A DNA stretch of 64,000 bases from Squalus acanthias (lineage: Eukaryota): NCBI GenBank assembly GCA_030390025.1, contig CM059432.1, positions 82,586,001-82,650,000 on the forward strand, written 5' to 3'. Both the position numbers and the translations under genes were made by a program. Positions within the stretch are counted from its first letter, which is position 1, and each line of letters starts with the position of its first letter. Below are positions 12,253 through 23,326 of this stretch, piece by piece. The notes below the pieces were generated by a model that saw nothing but the letters and a program-made list of their open reading frames with translations, ran no database searches and had not been told where the DNA came from.

Positions 12253-13259
12253 GAGGCCGATTTTCCTGACACCAACCCTCCCCCCTCCCCCACTCTGCCT
12301 GGGCGCTGGACAGGCGCAGTGAGCCGAAGTGTGAACCACTTGAGTTTGATGGGCTGGGTCATTAACCTCATCCATCACAGCCCTAGTGCAGGCCCACATC
12401 CTGGTAGGGCCTTGCACCAGGGAAATGGGGGCAGAAACAAGAATGCTGCTGCAGGCCTGAAAAGCCTACAGCTGTGGGACTGGCTGCCAACCTCGGGGTC
12501 TTCTGGCTGCTGTTGGAGACTAGCTGCCAGAAGGCTTACAGGCCTGAAACTTGGTGCTACAATAAAAGGTAAGCCAGTTACCATCTAGCCTTTCTTTGCC
12601 TCATTGCCTAGCCCCCTCAGACCCCCTGATATGAGGAAATCCGAAGTGCAAAGTCCATCATCATCTTCTTTGGCGGTTAAGCACCGCCTCGATTTCAAAA
12701 TTCTCATCCTTGTTTTCAAATCCCTCCATGGCCTTGATCCTTCCTATCTCTGTAATCTCCTCCAGCCCCACAACTACCCCCGAGATATCTGCGCTCCTCT
12801 AATTCTGCCCACTTGAGCATCCCTGATTATAATCGCTCAACCATCGATGGCCGTGCCTCCTGTTTCCTAGGCCCTAAGCTCTGGAATTCCCTGCCTAAAC
12901 CTCTCCACCTCTCTACCTCTCTTTCCTCCTTTAAGACGCTCCTTAAAACCTACCTCTTTGACCAAGCTTTTGATCATCTGCCCTAATTTCTCCTTATATG
13001 ACTAGGTGTCAAATTTTTTGTCTTATAATACTCCTGTGAAGCGCCTTGGGACGTTTTACTACGTTAAAGGCGCTATATAAATACAAGTTGTTGTTGTTGT
13101 TGTTTGGGGGCCCCTGCATCTGGGCATCCAATGACCGAACCACTGGAAAAATGAGGCAAGGGGTCAGGAACGAACATCCGGTCTTCGCGCATTTTTCCCA
13201 ACAATTGACCCTGGGGCGTAAGTATTCACGGGGGAGCAAAGATCAGGAAAATTGACCCC
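12253..13259. mobile_element. Harbinger-type MITE interrupted by an L2 fragment
   Basis: TIRs GAGGCCGATTTTCCTGA / TCAGGAAAATTGACCCC (14/17); ATA TSD (12250-12252, 13260-13262). Confidence 0.8.
12672..13104 (+). mobile_element. L2 LINE 3' fragment
   Basis: VKHRLDFKILILVFKSLHGL.PSYL C-terminal motif; (GTT)n tail. Confidence 0.85.
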
Positions 13260-13404
13260 ATATTCTTTCCTGTCTGTATCATATAATTTTAAGCTATAAC
13301 CGTACCAAGCAGCCATTCACACGAGCTAAATAATTCCCCACTCTCGCTCTCTCCTATCCCAGTGAATCGTGCACATAGAAACAACACTGCAATATCAATA
13401 CAAT

Positions 13405-14072
13405 GGCCCAAAAATTAGTGCCGCTACGCGAGAGTACGCACTGTGTACTCTCGCGTATTCTGTCTCCAATTGCCGGTTTTCTGCATGCACTGCGCATGCG
13501 CTGAAAACCGGCACTTGGTGATTTCAAAAGGGGGCGGTTCCTAGGTGAACCGTGTGCGCGCTACAGGCTGCGCGCACGCAGTGCACTTAGTGCTTTGAAC
13601 GTGCAGGTAAGCATGGAAGATTTTACGCATAAAGAAAGGAGGCATAAGACCCTCTTTTAACAAGGTAAGTAGTTAATTAAGTATTATTTTGAATTTTTTT
13701 CAACAGGTATATCTTTTTTAGAGACTTTAAAGAAAGGTAAGTTTATCTTTATAACTTCTTAAAAGATTTTAAATTTTTTCAAAAATTTAATTTTTTGTTT
13801 AACGTGGTTAATTTATTTAACTATACTTATTTTATTAATGTGATGGGGGTTTTTTTTAATTTAATTGAGGTTTAGCTGTTCTTTTGGGGGGGTATAGTAT
13901 TCATAGCTTTCACAGCACAAATTAACTGCGCCTGTGGGATACGAAAGCCCTGCACAGCTGCTGTCCAGAACATCAAGTTCGTGCGAGCTGGGAATAAAAA
14001 AGCCAACGCGCAGTGAGAGATCGCGGGGAAGCCTTACCCTCGCACGAAGGCTCACTCACTAATTTTTGGGCC
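13405..14072. mobile_element. Harbinger-type MITE
   Basis: Perfect 16-bp TIR GGCCCAAAAATTAGTG/CACTAATTTTTGGGCC; AAT TSD (13402-13404, 14073-14075); CpG-rich subtermini. Confidence 0.9.
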
Positions 14073-14547
14073 AATGTAACAAAATTGAGAGTGTTGAAAT
14101 GTTGCTCACCTTTAGATGGATTTAGTTGTCTACCTCTATCAGCATGAGACCATATCCATTAACACCTCCTTGAAACTGCTGCTTTGTCTGCAGTTTGGAC
14201 AAGAACCATGGGAAATTGCAGCTCCACTGAGTTTCTGTGAGAGTGGAAAGTGCAAACCTCATCCATGCACATTCCAGAGCACCATCTTCACCCTGAACAC
14301 TGACTTCCTGCCCCCAAGTCTCCTGCAGCGAGGGGCAATAATGAAGCGGAATATTAAAGATTGAGAAGCTTGACGCTCAACCCTTCCACGGATGTGGACA
14401 TAACACACACATCAAATAACCAGAGATTTTGATAGAGAATGCTTTGAATTTTCTTTTCCCATTTTCTCTGGGGTACATTTACAAAAAGGGTCAGCAGGAC
14501 TCTAGTAACTCACTCAAGTGATCATTCTTCATGTGTGAACCTAAACT

Positions 14548-14995
14548 GGGGATAATTTTAAACCCCAAAAATGTGTGGGTTTCGGTCGGGTGTGATGTTA
14601 AAATGTAAAAACTCTTAAACCCGTACCCAAACCGCCTCGAACCCATCCATTTTAGGTTCAAACAGAGGCGGGACAGAGGGAGGGTGACCAACCTGCTCCC
14701 AGGAGGAGGGTTGCTCATTTAAATATTTTAAATAATCTGCGTGCATCTGATTTTACCTCTCTTCCAAATTAACGCTGGCTGGCCGGAATTCCCGGGCCTC
14801 GGGAAACCCGGCAGCTAAAGGGAGGTGAGGACTGCTGCGTGGAACAGGTAAGTGCTTTTCTAGCACTGCTTGTGGGCCAGGAGGAGCAGGACTACTTCCC
14901 CATGGCCCCTCAGGCAAACCTGTTTCCCACTCCATGCGATTGGACCCCCCGCCTTACGATCACCGACCCCCCATCTCTGCCTCGATCTCTCTCCA
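14548..14995. mobile_element. Truncated Harbinger-type MITE (inverted relative of 61217-61885)
   Basis: Starts GGGGATAATTTTAA; interior matches the reverse complement of 61590-61885; second TIR not seen. Confidence 0.65.
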
Positions 14996-15277
14996 ACCAA
15001 GGATGAAGTCCTAATTGTACTATAAATCATGCCATCTCACTACATACAATTTGCACTGTCTTGAACTTCCAAAAGGAAATGTTAACAAGAATGTAGCAAG
15101 TACAGTTTTAGAAATGAAAACAGCAAGGTTATGCAAATTACATTATACATACCATGATGGAGAGAGAATGTGTTGCTAAGGGACTTTTCATGGGCCAAAT
15201 CATTGTGCCTCAGACCCTGCTGCTGTTATTTTTAAAGGCAAAATTCTCACATAATAGGAATGTGTAGCACGGAACAG

Positions 15278-15455
15278 CTGATGGACCCTAGACGGGGTGA
15301 TGGAGCCCCCGAGATGGGGTGATGGAGCCCCCCCAGGCAGGGTGATGGAGCCCCAGGCAGGGTGATGGAGCCCCAGGCAGGGTGATGGAGCCCCAGGCAG
15401 GGTGATGGAGCCCCAGGCAGGGTGATGGAGCCCTAGATAGGGTGATGAACCCTAG
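15278..15455. repeat. ~20-bp minisatellite (GGCAGGGTGATGGAGCCCCA), about 8-9 copies
   Basis: Directly visible tandem units with degenerate ends. Confidence 0.9.
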
Positions 15456-16252
15456 ACACATAGCTGACTCTTAGACAGCTGGTGGACCCCTAGACCGGAT
15501 GTTACTCCTCTGGCATAAGAAGAAAAAGGAAGATTTACTGGGGTAGTGCCTGCTATGCCCTTTGTGCTCCTGGACCATCCTTTCCTGCTCCCTTGTGAAA
15601 TACCCATCAGTGCCGGAAACTCCGCCGCACTATTCATTTCTGCCACTGATGTGTTGATACTTTGCAATCTTCACCCTATGAAACTTCATTTACTCCAGGT
15701 CTGGAGTAAACAAAATATTACTTTTTAATTTTATAGTGTAGCTTCAGAATGCTGCAAGGGTTCATCATCAATCAGGAAGAATAAATTCAATAAGAAAGGA
15801 AAGGTTTCTTCAGGGAAATATAAAAATGCAGAATAAAGTTAGGGAAAGAGAAGGAGAAAACACCTTCAAAACTGTTAGGGAGAGAAATTCGGTACCTTAG
15901 CACCTCCAGTTAGCGTCTGGTGGGGGCGCTAACGGGGTGCTGAGGCAATAGTGCCACGGCGAGGCGAATCCAGTGACGCAAACCAAATCTGGCACCCCCA
16001 TAGCGCCGCCGCTACGAGTTAGCGTCGGGGACTTCAGCGCCAGGAAGATCATGACATCAGTGAGCGTGCAACGCTCACTGGGTGCCCGATCTGCGAAATT
16101 GATTTTCGCCCCCTACCTTAGCGCCTTGCCCCGATAGTGACAGGGAGAGGAGACGTAAAGCAGTCAATAGCCGGCTCCAGGGGTGCTACTTAAAGGGATC
16201 ATGAGTAATGAATCGCAGCTCTCAGTTTGGTGCTGTTTCACTGCTTCCTTGT

Positions 16253-16619
16253 CAGAGGCCGGTGTCGGGAGCAACAGGAGAGAACAGTGAGTATTTAAAC
16301 TCACTTTTGCGGGCTTTTTTTTTTTTTTTTACACAGAGGCCGGTGTCGGGAGCAACAGGAGAGAACAGTGAGTATTTAAACACACTTTTGCGGGCTTTTT
16401 TACAGAGGCCGGTGTCGGGAGCAACAGGAGAGAACAGTGAGTATTTAAACTCACTTTTGCGGGCTTTTTTACACAGGCCAGTGTTGGGAGCAACAGGAGA
16501 GAACAGTGAGTATTTAAACTCACTTTCGCGGGCTTTTTTTTTTTTTTGTTACAGAGGCCGGTGTAAGGAGCATCAGGAGAGAACAGTGAGTATTTAAACT
16601 CACTTTCGCGGGCTTTTTT
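16253..16619 (+). repeat. Five tandem 69-81 bp monomers at the presumed CR1 5' end
   Basis: Units start at 16253, 16334, 16403, 16472, 16552: CAGAGGCCGGTGTCGGGAGCAACAGGAGAGAACAGTGAGTATTTAAACTCACTTTTGCGGGC(T)n. Confidence 0.95.
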
Positions 16620-16785
16620 CAGAGGCTTACCAATCTCGCAGACCGGCGGCGGTGTTCCAGAGCCACGTCACGATTCAAAAAGTGACGCGGGCAAGAGGAA
16701 GCAGCTGATTGGGTGAGTACAGCCAGGTGAATATTTATACTACTTTATAGTTTGACAGTTAAGGTTAATAGTTTATAAAGTCATA

Positions 16786-17678
16786 GGGGTAGAAATTAGG
16801 TCGCGCCCCATTTGGGGCGCAAATATCGTCTGGACGCAAATATTAGCGCCTGGCGCTAATTATCGGCACTGACTGGAAACTTCACTTTTACCGCCCCGGG
16901 AGGTGAGTGGAGCGCTAAAGCAGGCGCTGCACACCTGTCTTAAGGCGCAAAGGCCAAGGAGTGAGGCGCTACCTCAGAGCGCTGGCGAAGCTCATGTAAT
17001 GTCAGTCAGCAATGGAACACACACACAATGGCACGGGCCAGTTCTTAAAGGGGATGGTTAATCTTGCTTTCCATCCACATCCTTCTCATTGCAGCCTTGA
17101 ATCTCGGCCTGGAGAGACTTGCACATCAAATGTGCTGGAAAGAACAATGGAGAGTACCAGGCAAAGAGCTCAGAGTGCAGCTCCCACAGTCTCTGCTAAA
17201 TCGATACAAGGAATGGCAAATCAAAATGAACCTGCAAAGTGCTGCTCAGTACCCAAAACTCCTTCACACAACGTTGAATCTCTCCAGAAGTCTCTCCCTC
17301 TCTCTCTCAGAATGCGTAGTTCAAAAATGCCACCAACAATAAAAGACAGGAAGAGGCCCCCTTTAAATAGCGCCCCCCCCAGCCCCACAGCGATTGATAG
17401 CGTTCCAGTCTTCTGGTCGTTGGATGCGCCAGGCGGTAAGGCAGGGGGCGCCACTCAATTTCCGCTCCGGGGCGCCACAAGGGCGTTGCACCATGGAATG
17501 ACGTCACAATCTGCGCGCGCAGGTGGTCGCAGCGGTAAGTTTTAGCGCCGCCGCACAATGTCAAGTTAAGTTCCCGAGCGGCGCAAACATCGCTGCGCCC
17601 GGGCGTTAGCGGCTTTGCGCCCCATTAGCGCCCTCTTAAGGCGCTAATGGGAGGCGCAACCAACTGAATTTTTACCCC
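16786..17678. mobile_element. Harbinger MITE nested in the presumed CR1 5' UTR
   Basis: TIRs GGGGTAGAAATT / AATTTTTACCCC (11/12); left TIR identical to the outer element's right TIR; flanks ATA/TTA; many TAGCGCC/GGCGCTA motifs. Confidence 0.8.
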
Positions 17679-17821
17679 TTAATTTTTGTGGTTATAGTTT
17701 CTACGGTCTCTGTTGTGTAGCGGGGAGTGCGAGTAAACAAGGGCCCTTGAGTATTTCATTTAATTGTAGTGTAATTAGTGGTATTGATTTGATTTAATTT
17801 AAATTAATTAAAGGGTAAGTC

Positions 17822-18771
17822 ATGACAGCACAGCTCGGCCCTGTGGCATGCTCCTCCTGCGCTATGTGGGAAATCAGGGACACTTCCTGTGTCCCTGTTG
17901 ACCATGTGTGCAGGAAGTGTGTCGAGCTGCAGCTACTGGCAGACCGCATTGTGGCGCTGGAGCTGCAAATGGATACATACTGGAGCATTCGCGATGCTGA
18001 GGACATCGTGGATAGCACGTTTAATGAGTTGGTCACACCGCAGGTAAAGGTTGCACAGGCAGAAAGGGAATGGGTGACCACCAGGCAGAGTAGTAGGCGC
18101 AGGCAGGTAGTGCAGGGGTCCCCTGTGGCCATCCCCCTCTCAAACAGATATACCACTTTGGATATTGTTGAGGGTGATGGCTTATCGGGGGAAGGCAGCA
18201 GCAGCCAACTTCCTGGCACCATGGGTGGTTCTGCTGCACAGGACGGGAGGAAAAAGAGCAGGAGAGCTATAGAGATAGGGGATTCTATTATAAGGGGAAT
18301 AGATAGGCGTTTCTGCGGCCGCAAACGAGACTCCAGGATGGTATGTTGCCTCCCTGGTACAAAGGTGAAGGATGTCTCGGGGCGGCTGCAGGGCATTCTG
18401 GAGGGGGAGGGTGAACAGCCAGTTGTTGTGGTGCATATAGATACCAACGATATAGGTAAAAAATGGGATAAGGTCCTAAAAGCTGAATATAGGGAGTTAG
18501 GAGGTAAATTAAAAAATAGGACCTCAAAGGTAGTAATCTCAGGATTGCTACCAGTGCCACGTGCTAGTCAGAGTAGAAATAGAAGGATATTTCAGATGAA
18601 TACGTGGCTAGAGGAATGGTGCAAGGGGGAGGGATTCAAATTCCTGGGACATTGGAACCGGTTCTGGGGAGGTGGGACCAGTACAAACTGGACGGTTTGC
18701 ACCTGGGTGGGACCGGGACCGATGTCCTAGGGGGAGTGTTTGCTAATGCTGTCGGGGAGGGTTTAAACTAA
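17822..18771 (+). pseudogene. CR1 ORF1: N-terminal CxxC..CxxC, coiled coil, SGNH/GDSL esterase; frameshift near 18670
   Basis: CSSC..CRKC; IGDSIIR, CLPG, HIDTND blocks; D-G-L-H motif read in a shifted frame, ending at TAA 18769-18771. Confidence 0.9.
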
Positions 18772-18928
18772 AATGGCAGGGGGTTGGGAACCTGTGCAGG
18801 GAGAGAGAGGAAAGGAAAGCATGGATAGAAACAAAAGACAGGAAGGAGAAAAGCAAAAGTGGAAGGCAGAGAAATCAAGGGTGTAAATCAAACAGGGCTA
18901 CAGTAAATAATAATTCTAAAAGGACTAA

Positions 18929-21742
18929 GTGTTAAAAAAAACAAGCCTGAAGGCTTTGTGTCTTAATGCGAGGAGCATTCGTAATAAGGTGAATGAATTA
19001 GCTGCGCAAATAGATGTAAACGGATATGATATAATTGGGATTACAGAGACATGGCTCCAGGGTGACCAAGGCTGGGAATTCAACATCCAGGGGTATTCAA
19101 TATTCAGGAAGGACCCAGGCAAAAAGGAAAAGGAGGTGGGGTAGCATTGCTGGTTAAAGAGGAGATTAACACAATAGTGAGGAAGGATATTAGCTCTGAT
19201 GATGTGGAATCTGTATGGGTAGAGCTGAGAAATACCAAGGGGCAGAAAACGTTAGTGGGAGTTGTATACAGACCCCCAAACAGTAATGCTGAGGTTGGGG
19301 ATGGCATTAAACGGGAAATTAGAGATGCGTGCAATAAGGGCACAGCAGTTATCATGGGTGACTTTAATCTACATATAGATTGGGCTAACCAAATTAGTAA
19401 CAATACTGTGGAGGAGGAATTCCTAGAGTGTATACGGGATGGTTTCCTGGACCAATATGTCGAGGAACCAACTAGAGATCAGGCCATCTTAGACTGGGTA
19501 TTATGTAATGAGAAAGGATTAATTAGCAATCTTGTTGTGCGAGGCCCCTTGGGGAGGAGCGATCATAATATGATCGAATTCTTCATTACGATGGAGAGTG
19601 AAGTAGTTGACTCAGAGACTAGGGTCCTGAATTTAAATAAAGGAAACTACGATGGTATGAGGTGCGAGTTGGCTAGGATGGATTGGGGAGCGTTACTTAA
19701 AGGGTTGACGGTGGATAGGCAATGGCAAACATTTAAAGATCGCATGGATGAACTACAGAATTTGTTCATCCCTGTTTGGCATAAAAATAAAACAAAAAAG
19801 GTGACTCAATCGTGGCTAACAAGGGAAATTAGGGATAGCATAACATCCAAGGAGAGAACATATAAATTGGCCAGAAAAAGCAGCAAACCTGAGGATTGGG
19901 AGCAGTTTAGGATTCAGCAAAGGAGGACAAAGGGATTAATTAAGAGAGGGGAAATAGAATATGAGAGTAAGCTTTCAGGGAACATAAAAACTGACTGTAA
20001 AAGCTTCTATAGATATGTGAAGAGAAAAAGATTAGTGAAGTCAATCGTAGGTCCCTTGCAGTCAGAATCAGGGGAATTTATAATGGGGAACAAAGAAATG
20101 GCAGACCAATTAAATACATACTTTGGTTCTGTCTTCACAAAGGAGGACACAAATAACCTCCCAGAGATGTCGGGGAACATAGGGTCTCATGAGAGGGAGG
20201 AATTGAATGAAATCAGTATTTGTAGGGAAATGGTGCTAGGGAAATTGATGGGATTGAAGGCCGATAAATCCCCAGGGCCTGATAATCTACATCCTAGGGT
20301 ACTTAAGGAAGTGGCCCTTGAAATAGTAGATGCACTGCTGGTCATCTTCCAAAATTCTATAGACTCTGGAACAGTTCCCATGGATTGGAGGGTAGCTAAT
20401 GTAACCCCACTATTTAAAAAAGGTGGTCGAGAGAAAACCGGGAATTATAGACCGGTAAGCCTGACATCGGTAGTGGGGAAAATGCTAGAGTCCATCATAA
20501 AAGATGTAATAGCAGAGCACTTGGAAAACAGTGACAGGATTGGACAAAGTCAACATGGATTTACAAAAGGTAAATCATGCTTGACTAATCTACTGGAATT
20601 TTTTGAGGATGTAACTGGTAGAATAGATAAGGGAGAACCAGTGGATGTGGTATATTTGGACTTTCAGAAGGCTTTCGATAAGGTCCCGCATAAGAGATTA
20701 GCGTGCAAAGTTAAAGCACATGGGATTGGGGGTCAGGTACTGACTTGGATAGAGAACTGGTTGGCAGACAGGAAGCAAAGAGTTGGAATAAACGGGTCTT
20801 TTTCCGAGTGGCAGGCAGTGACTAGTGGGTTACCGCAGGAATCAGTGCTAGGACCCCAGCTATTCACAATATATATCAATGATCTAGATGAGGGAACTAG
20901 ATGTAATATCTCCAAGTTTGCAGACGACACGCTGGGTGAGCGTGTGTGCTGTGAGGAGGATGCAGAGAAACTCCAGTATGATTTGGACAGGTTGGGTGAT
21001 TGGACAGATGCATTATAATGTGGATAAATGCGAGGTTATCCACTTTGGTGGCAAAAACAGGAAGACAGATTATTATCTGAACGGCAATAGATTGGGAAAA
21101 GGGGAAGTGCAACGAGACCTGGGTATCCTTGTGCACCAGTCACTGAAGGTAAGCATGCAGGTGCAGCAGGCAGTTAAGAAGGCAAATGGTATGTTGGCCT
21201 TCATAACGAGAGGATTCGAGTACAGGAGCAAGGATGTCTTGCTGCAGTTGTACAGGGCCTTGGTGAGACCACACCTTGAGTATTGTGTGCAGTTTTGGTT
21301 GCCTTATCTGAGGAAGGATGTTCTTGCCATGGAGGGAGTGCAGTGAAGATTCACCAGACTGATACCTGGGATGGCAGGAATGACGTATGAAGAGAGATTG
21401 GGTCGATTAGGCTTATATTCGCTAGAGTTTTAAAGAATGAGAGGGGATCTCATTGAAACTTATAAAATTCTAACAGGACTAGACAGACTAGATGCAGGAA
21501 GGATGTTCCCGATGGTCGGGGAGTCCAGAACCAGGGGTCACAGTCTAAGGATAAGGGGTAAGCCATTTAGGACTGAGATGAAGAGGAATTTCTTCACCCA
21601 GAGAGTGGTGAACCTGTGGAATTCTCTACCACACAAGGCAGTTGAGGCCAATTCATTAAATATATTCAAGAAGGAGTTAGATATATTTCTTAAGGCTAAA
21701 GGGATCAAGGGATATGGGGAGAAAACAGGGACAGGGTACTGA
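18929..21742 (+). pseudogene. CR1 ORF2: APE endonuclease plus reverse transcriptase, with several frameshifts and stops
   Basis: CLNARSI, GITETW, GDFN, SDH; NYRPVSLTS, YLDFQKAFD, FADD; C-terminal LVRPHLEYC, FFTQRVVNLWN. Confidence 0.95.
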
Positions 21743-21960
21743 ATTTGGATGATCAGCCATGATCTCATTAAATGGTGGAACAGGCTTGAGGGGCCGAATG
21801 GCCTACTCCTGCTTCTATCTTCTATGTTTCTATGTTTGACATTGTGCAACAGTTTAATTCAGTCATTTAAAGGTTGTTTAGTCTTCGGAGTGTTGTGGCT
21901 ACTAAAAATTAGTTACATTTATTCTCACAACATATAAAAGTGCTACACTTGGTTACATTA

Positions 21961-23161
21961 ATGGGGGCTGTACTGGCAGTCGACCTCGCCCTCCAGGATC
22001 TACGGCAGAGGGAGCGGAGGCAGCGAGAAAGATTGGAACATGTGACCAGAGTGAGGAGGAGGGTCATGAGGGCTCTCAACAGGAGTCCTTACCCTCCAAG
22101 GGAATTCCGACAGCACTTCTCCTACCTTCAATTCAGCGAGAAGCAGTGTATTAGAAGGCTCCGCTTCACCAAGTAGGTGGTCACAGAACTCTGCCATGTT
22201 CTGCAACCAGACCTCCAGCCTGAGATTAGGGTGACCACAGCTCTCTCAGTGGCAGTCAAGGTCACCGTCGCCCTCAATGTCTTCGCCAGCGGATTTTTTC
22301 ACTCTGCAACGGGAGATATAGGTAACATCTTGCAGTTCGCCATCCATCGCTGCATCCGGGAGGTCACAGAGGCTCTCTACAGTAGGAGAAGGGATTACAT
22401 TTCCTTCCCCATCACCAGAGAGAAGCAGGAAGAGCATGCACGTGGCTTTGCCAGGATAGCGGGATTCCCCATGGTGCAGGGCGCCATTTACTGCACACAC
22501 GTGACTTTGCGGGCACCGCATAACAATCCTGAGATCTTCCGTAACCGCAAAGACTACCACTCACTTAATGTGCAGTTGGTGTGCGACCACACACAGCAAA
22601 TTCTCAATGTCAATGCCCGCTATCCTGGCAGCAGCCACGATGCCTTCATCCTGTGCCAGACCGGTGTGCCAGCACTCTTCCAGCCACCACATCAAGCTTG
22701 CGGCTGGCTTGTCAGAGACAAGGGCTATCCGCTGTCCACCTGGCTCATGACTCCCCTCCACAACCCCAACACTCCTGCCCAGCACTCATATAATGAGAGC
22801 CATGCTGCCACCAGGAACATCATTGTGCAGACCATTGGGGTGCTCAAGCAACGGTTCCGATGCCTTGACCACTCGGGAGAGGCCCTCCAGTACTCGGCTG
22901 AGCGGGTGTCCCATTTCGATGTGGTGTGGCTGCATGCTCCACAATCTGGCCATCATGAGTGCCCAGCCTTTACCAGCAGGGATTGCAGGACCACCTCAGG
23001 AGGAGGAAGAGGAGGATGAAGAGGGGCAGGAAGAAGAGGAGCAAGAGGAAGACGAGAAGGACAAAAACGAGAAGAAACAGGAGTTATGGAGGAGGCAGTC
23101 ACTCAATCGGCCTTCCGGAAGGGCGGTCCGTGACCGCCTCATCAGACTGTGGTTCCAATGA
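21961..23161 (+). pseudogene. Harbinger DDE transposase (HARBI1-like), inactivated
   Basis: LRFTK*, GFPMVQGAIYCTHV, NRKDYHSLNVQ, YPGSSHDAFIL, RDKGY, YNESHAATRNIIVQTIGVLKQRF; in-frame TAG 22174-22176; frameshift ~22927; acidic tail. Confidence 0.95.
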
Positions 23162-23326
23162 ATTAAACCCCAGATCCCCGTTGCTCACCACATCCCCATC
23201 ATTCCATCCCTGTCGCAGACCACATCACAGCGCAAAGCTGAAATTAGACACACCACAAAATAATCCAAACTGAACTAATAAATTTATCAATAATCAGTTA
23301 ACACATATTTGCAACAATAATATTAA

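Larger units (their letters stand above)
16253..21836 (+). mobile_element. Full-length CR1 LINE inserted between the Harbinger left end and the transposase start (5' boundary inferred)
   Basis: ORF1 (Cys-rich plus esterase), ORF2 (APE plus RT), (TCTATGTT)2 tail; no TSD recognised. Confidence 0.85.

Noticed and set aside
14104..14364. Minus-strand donor AAG|GTGAGC suggesting a coding exon
   Set aside because: All three frames have stops within about 60 nt upstream of the donor.
16253..16619. CRISPR-like array of repeats containing a palindrome
   Set aside because: There are no unique spacers, only T-tract length varies, there are no cas genes, and the context is vertebrate.
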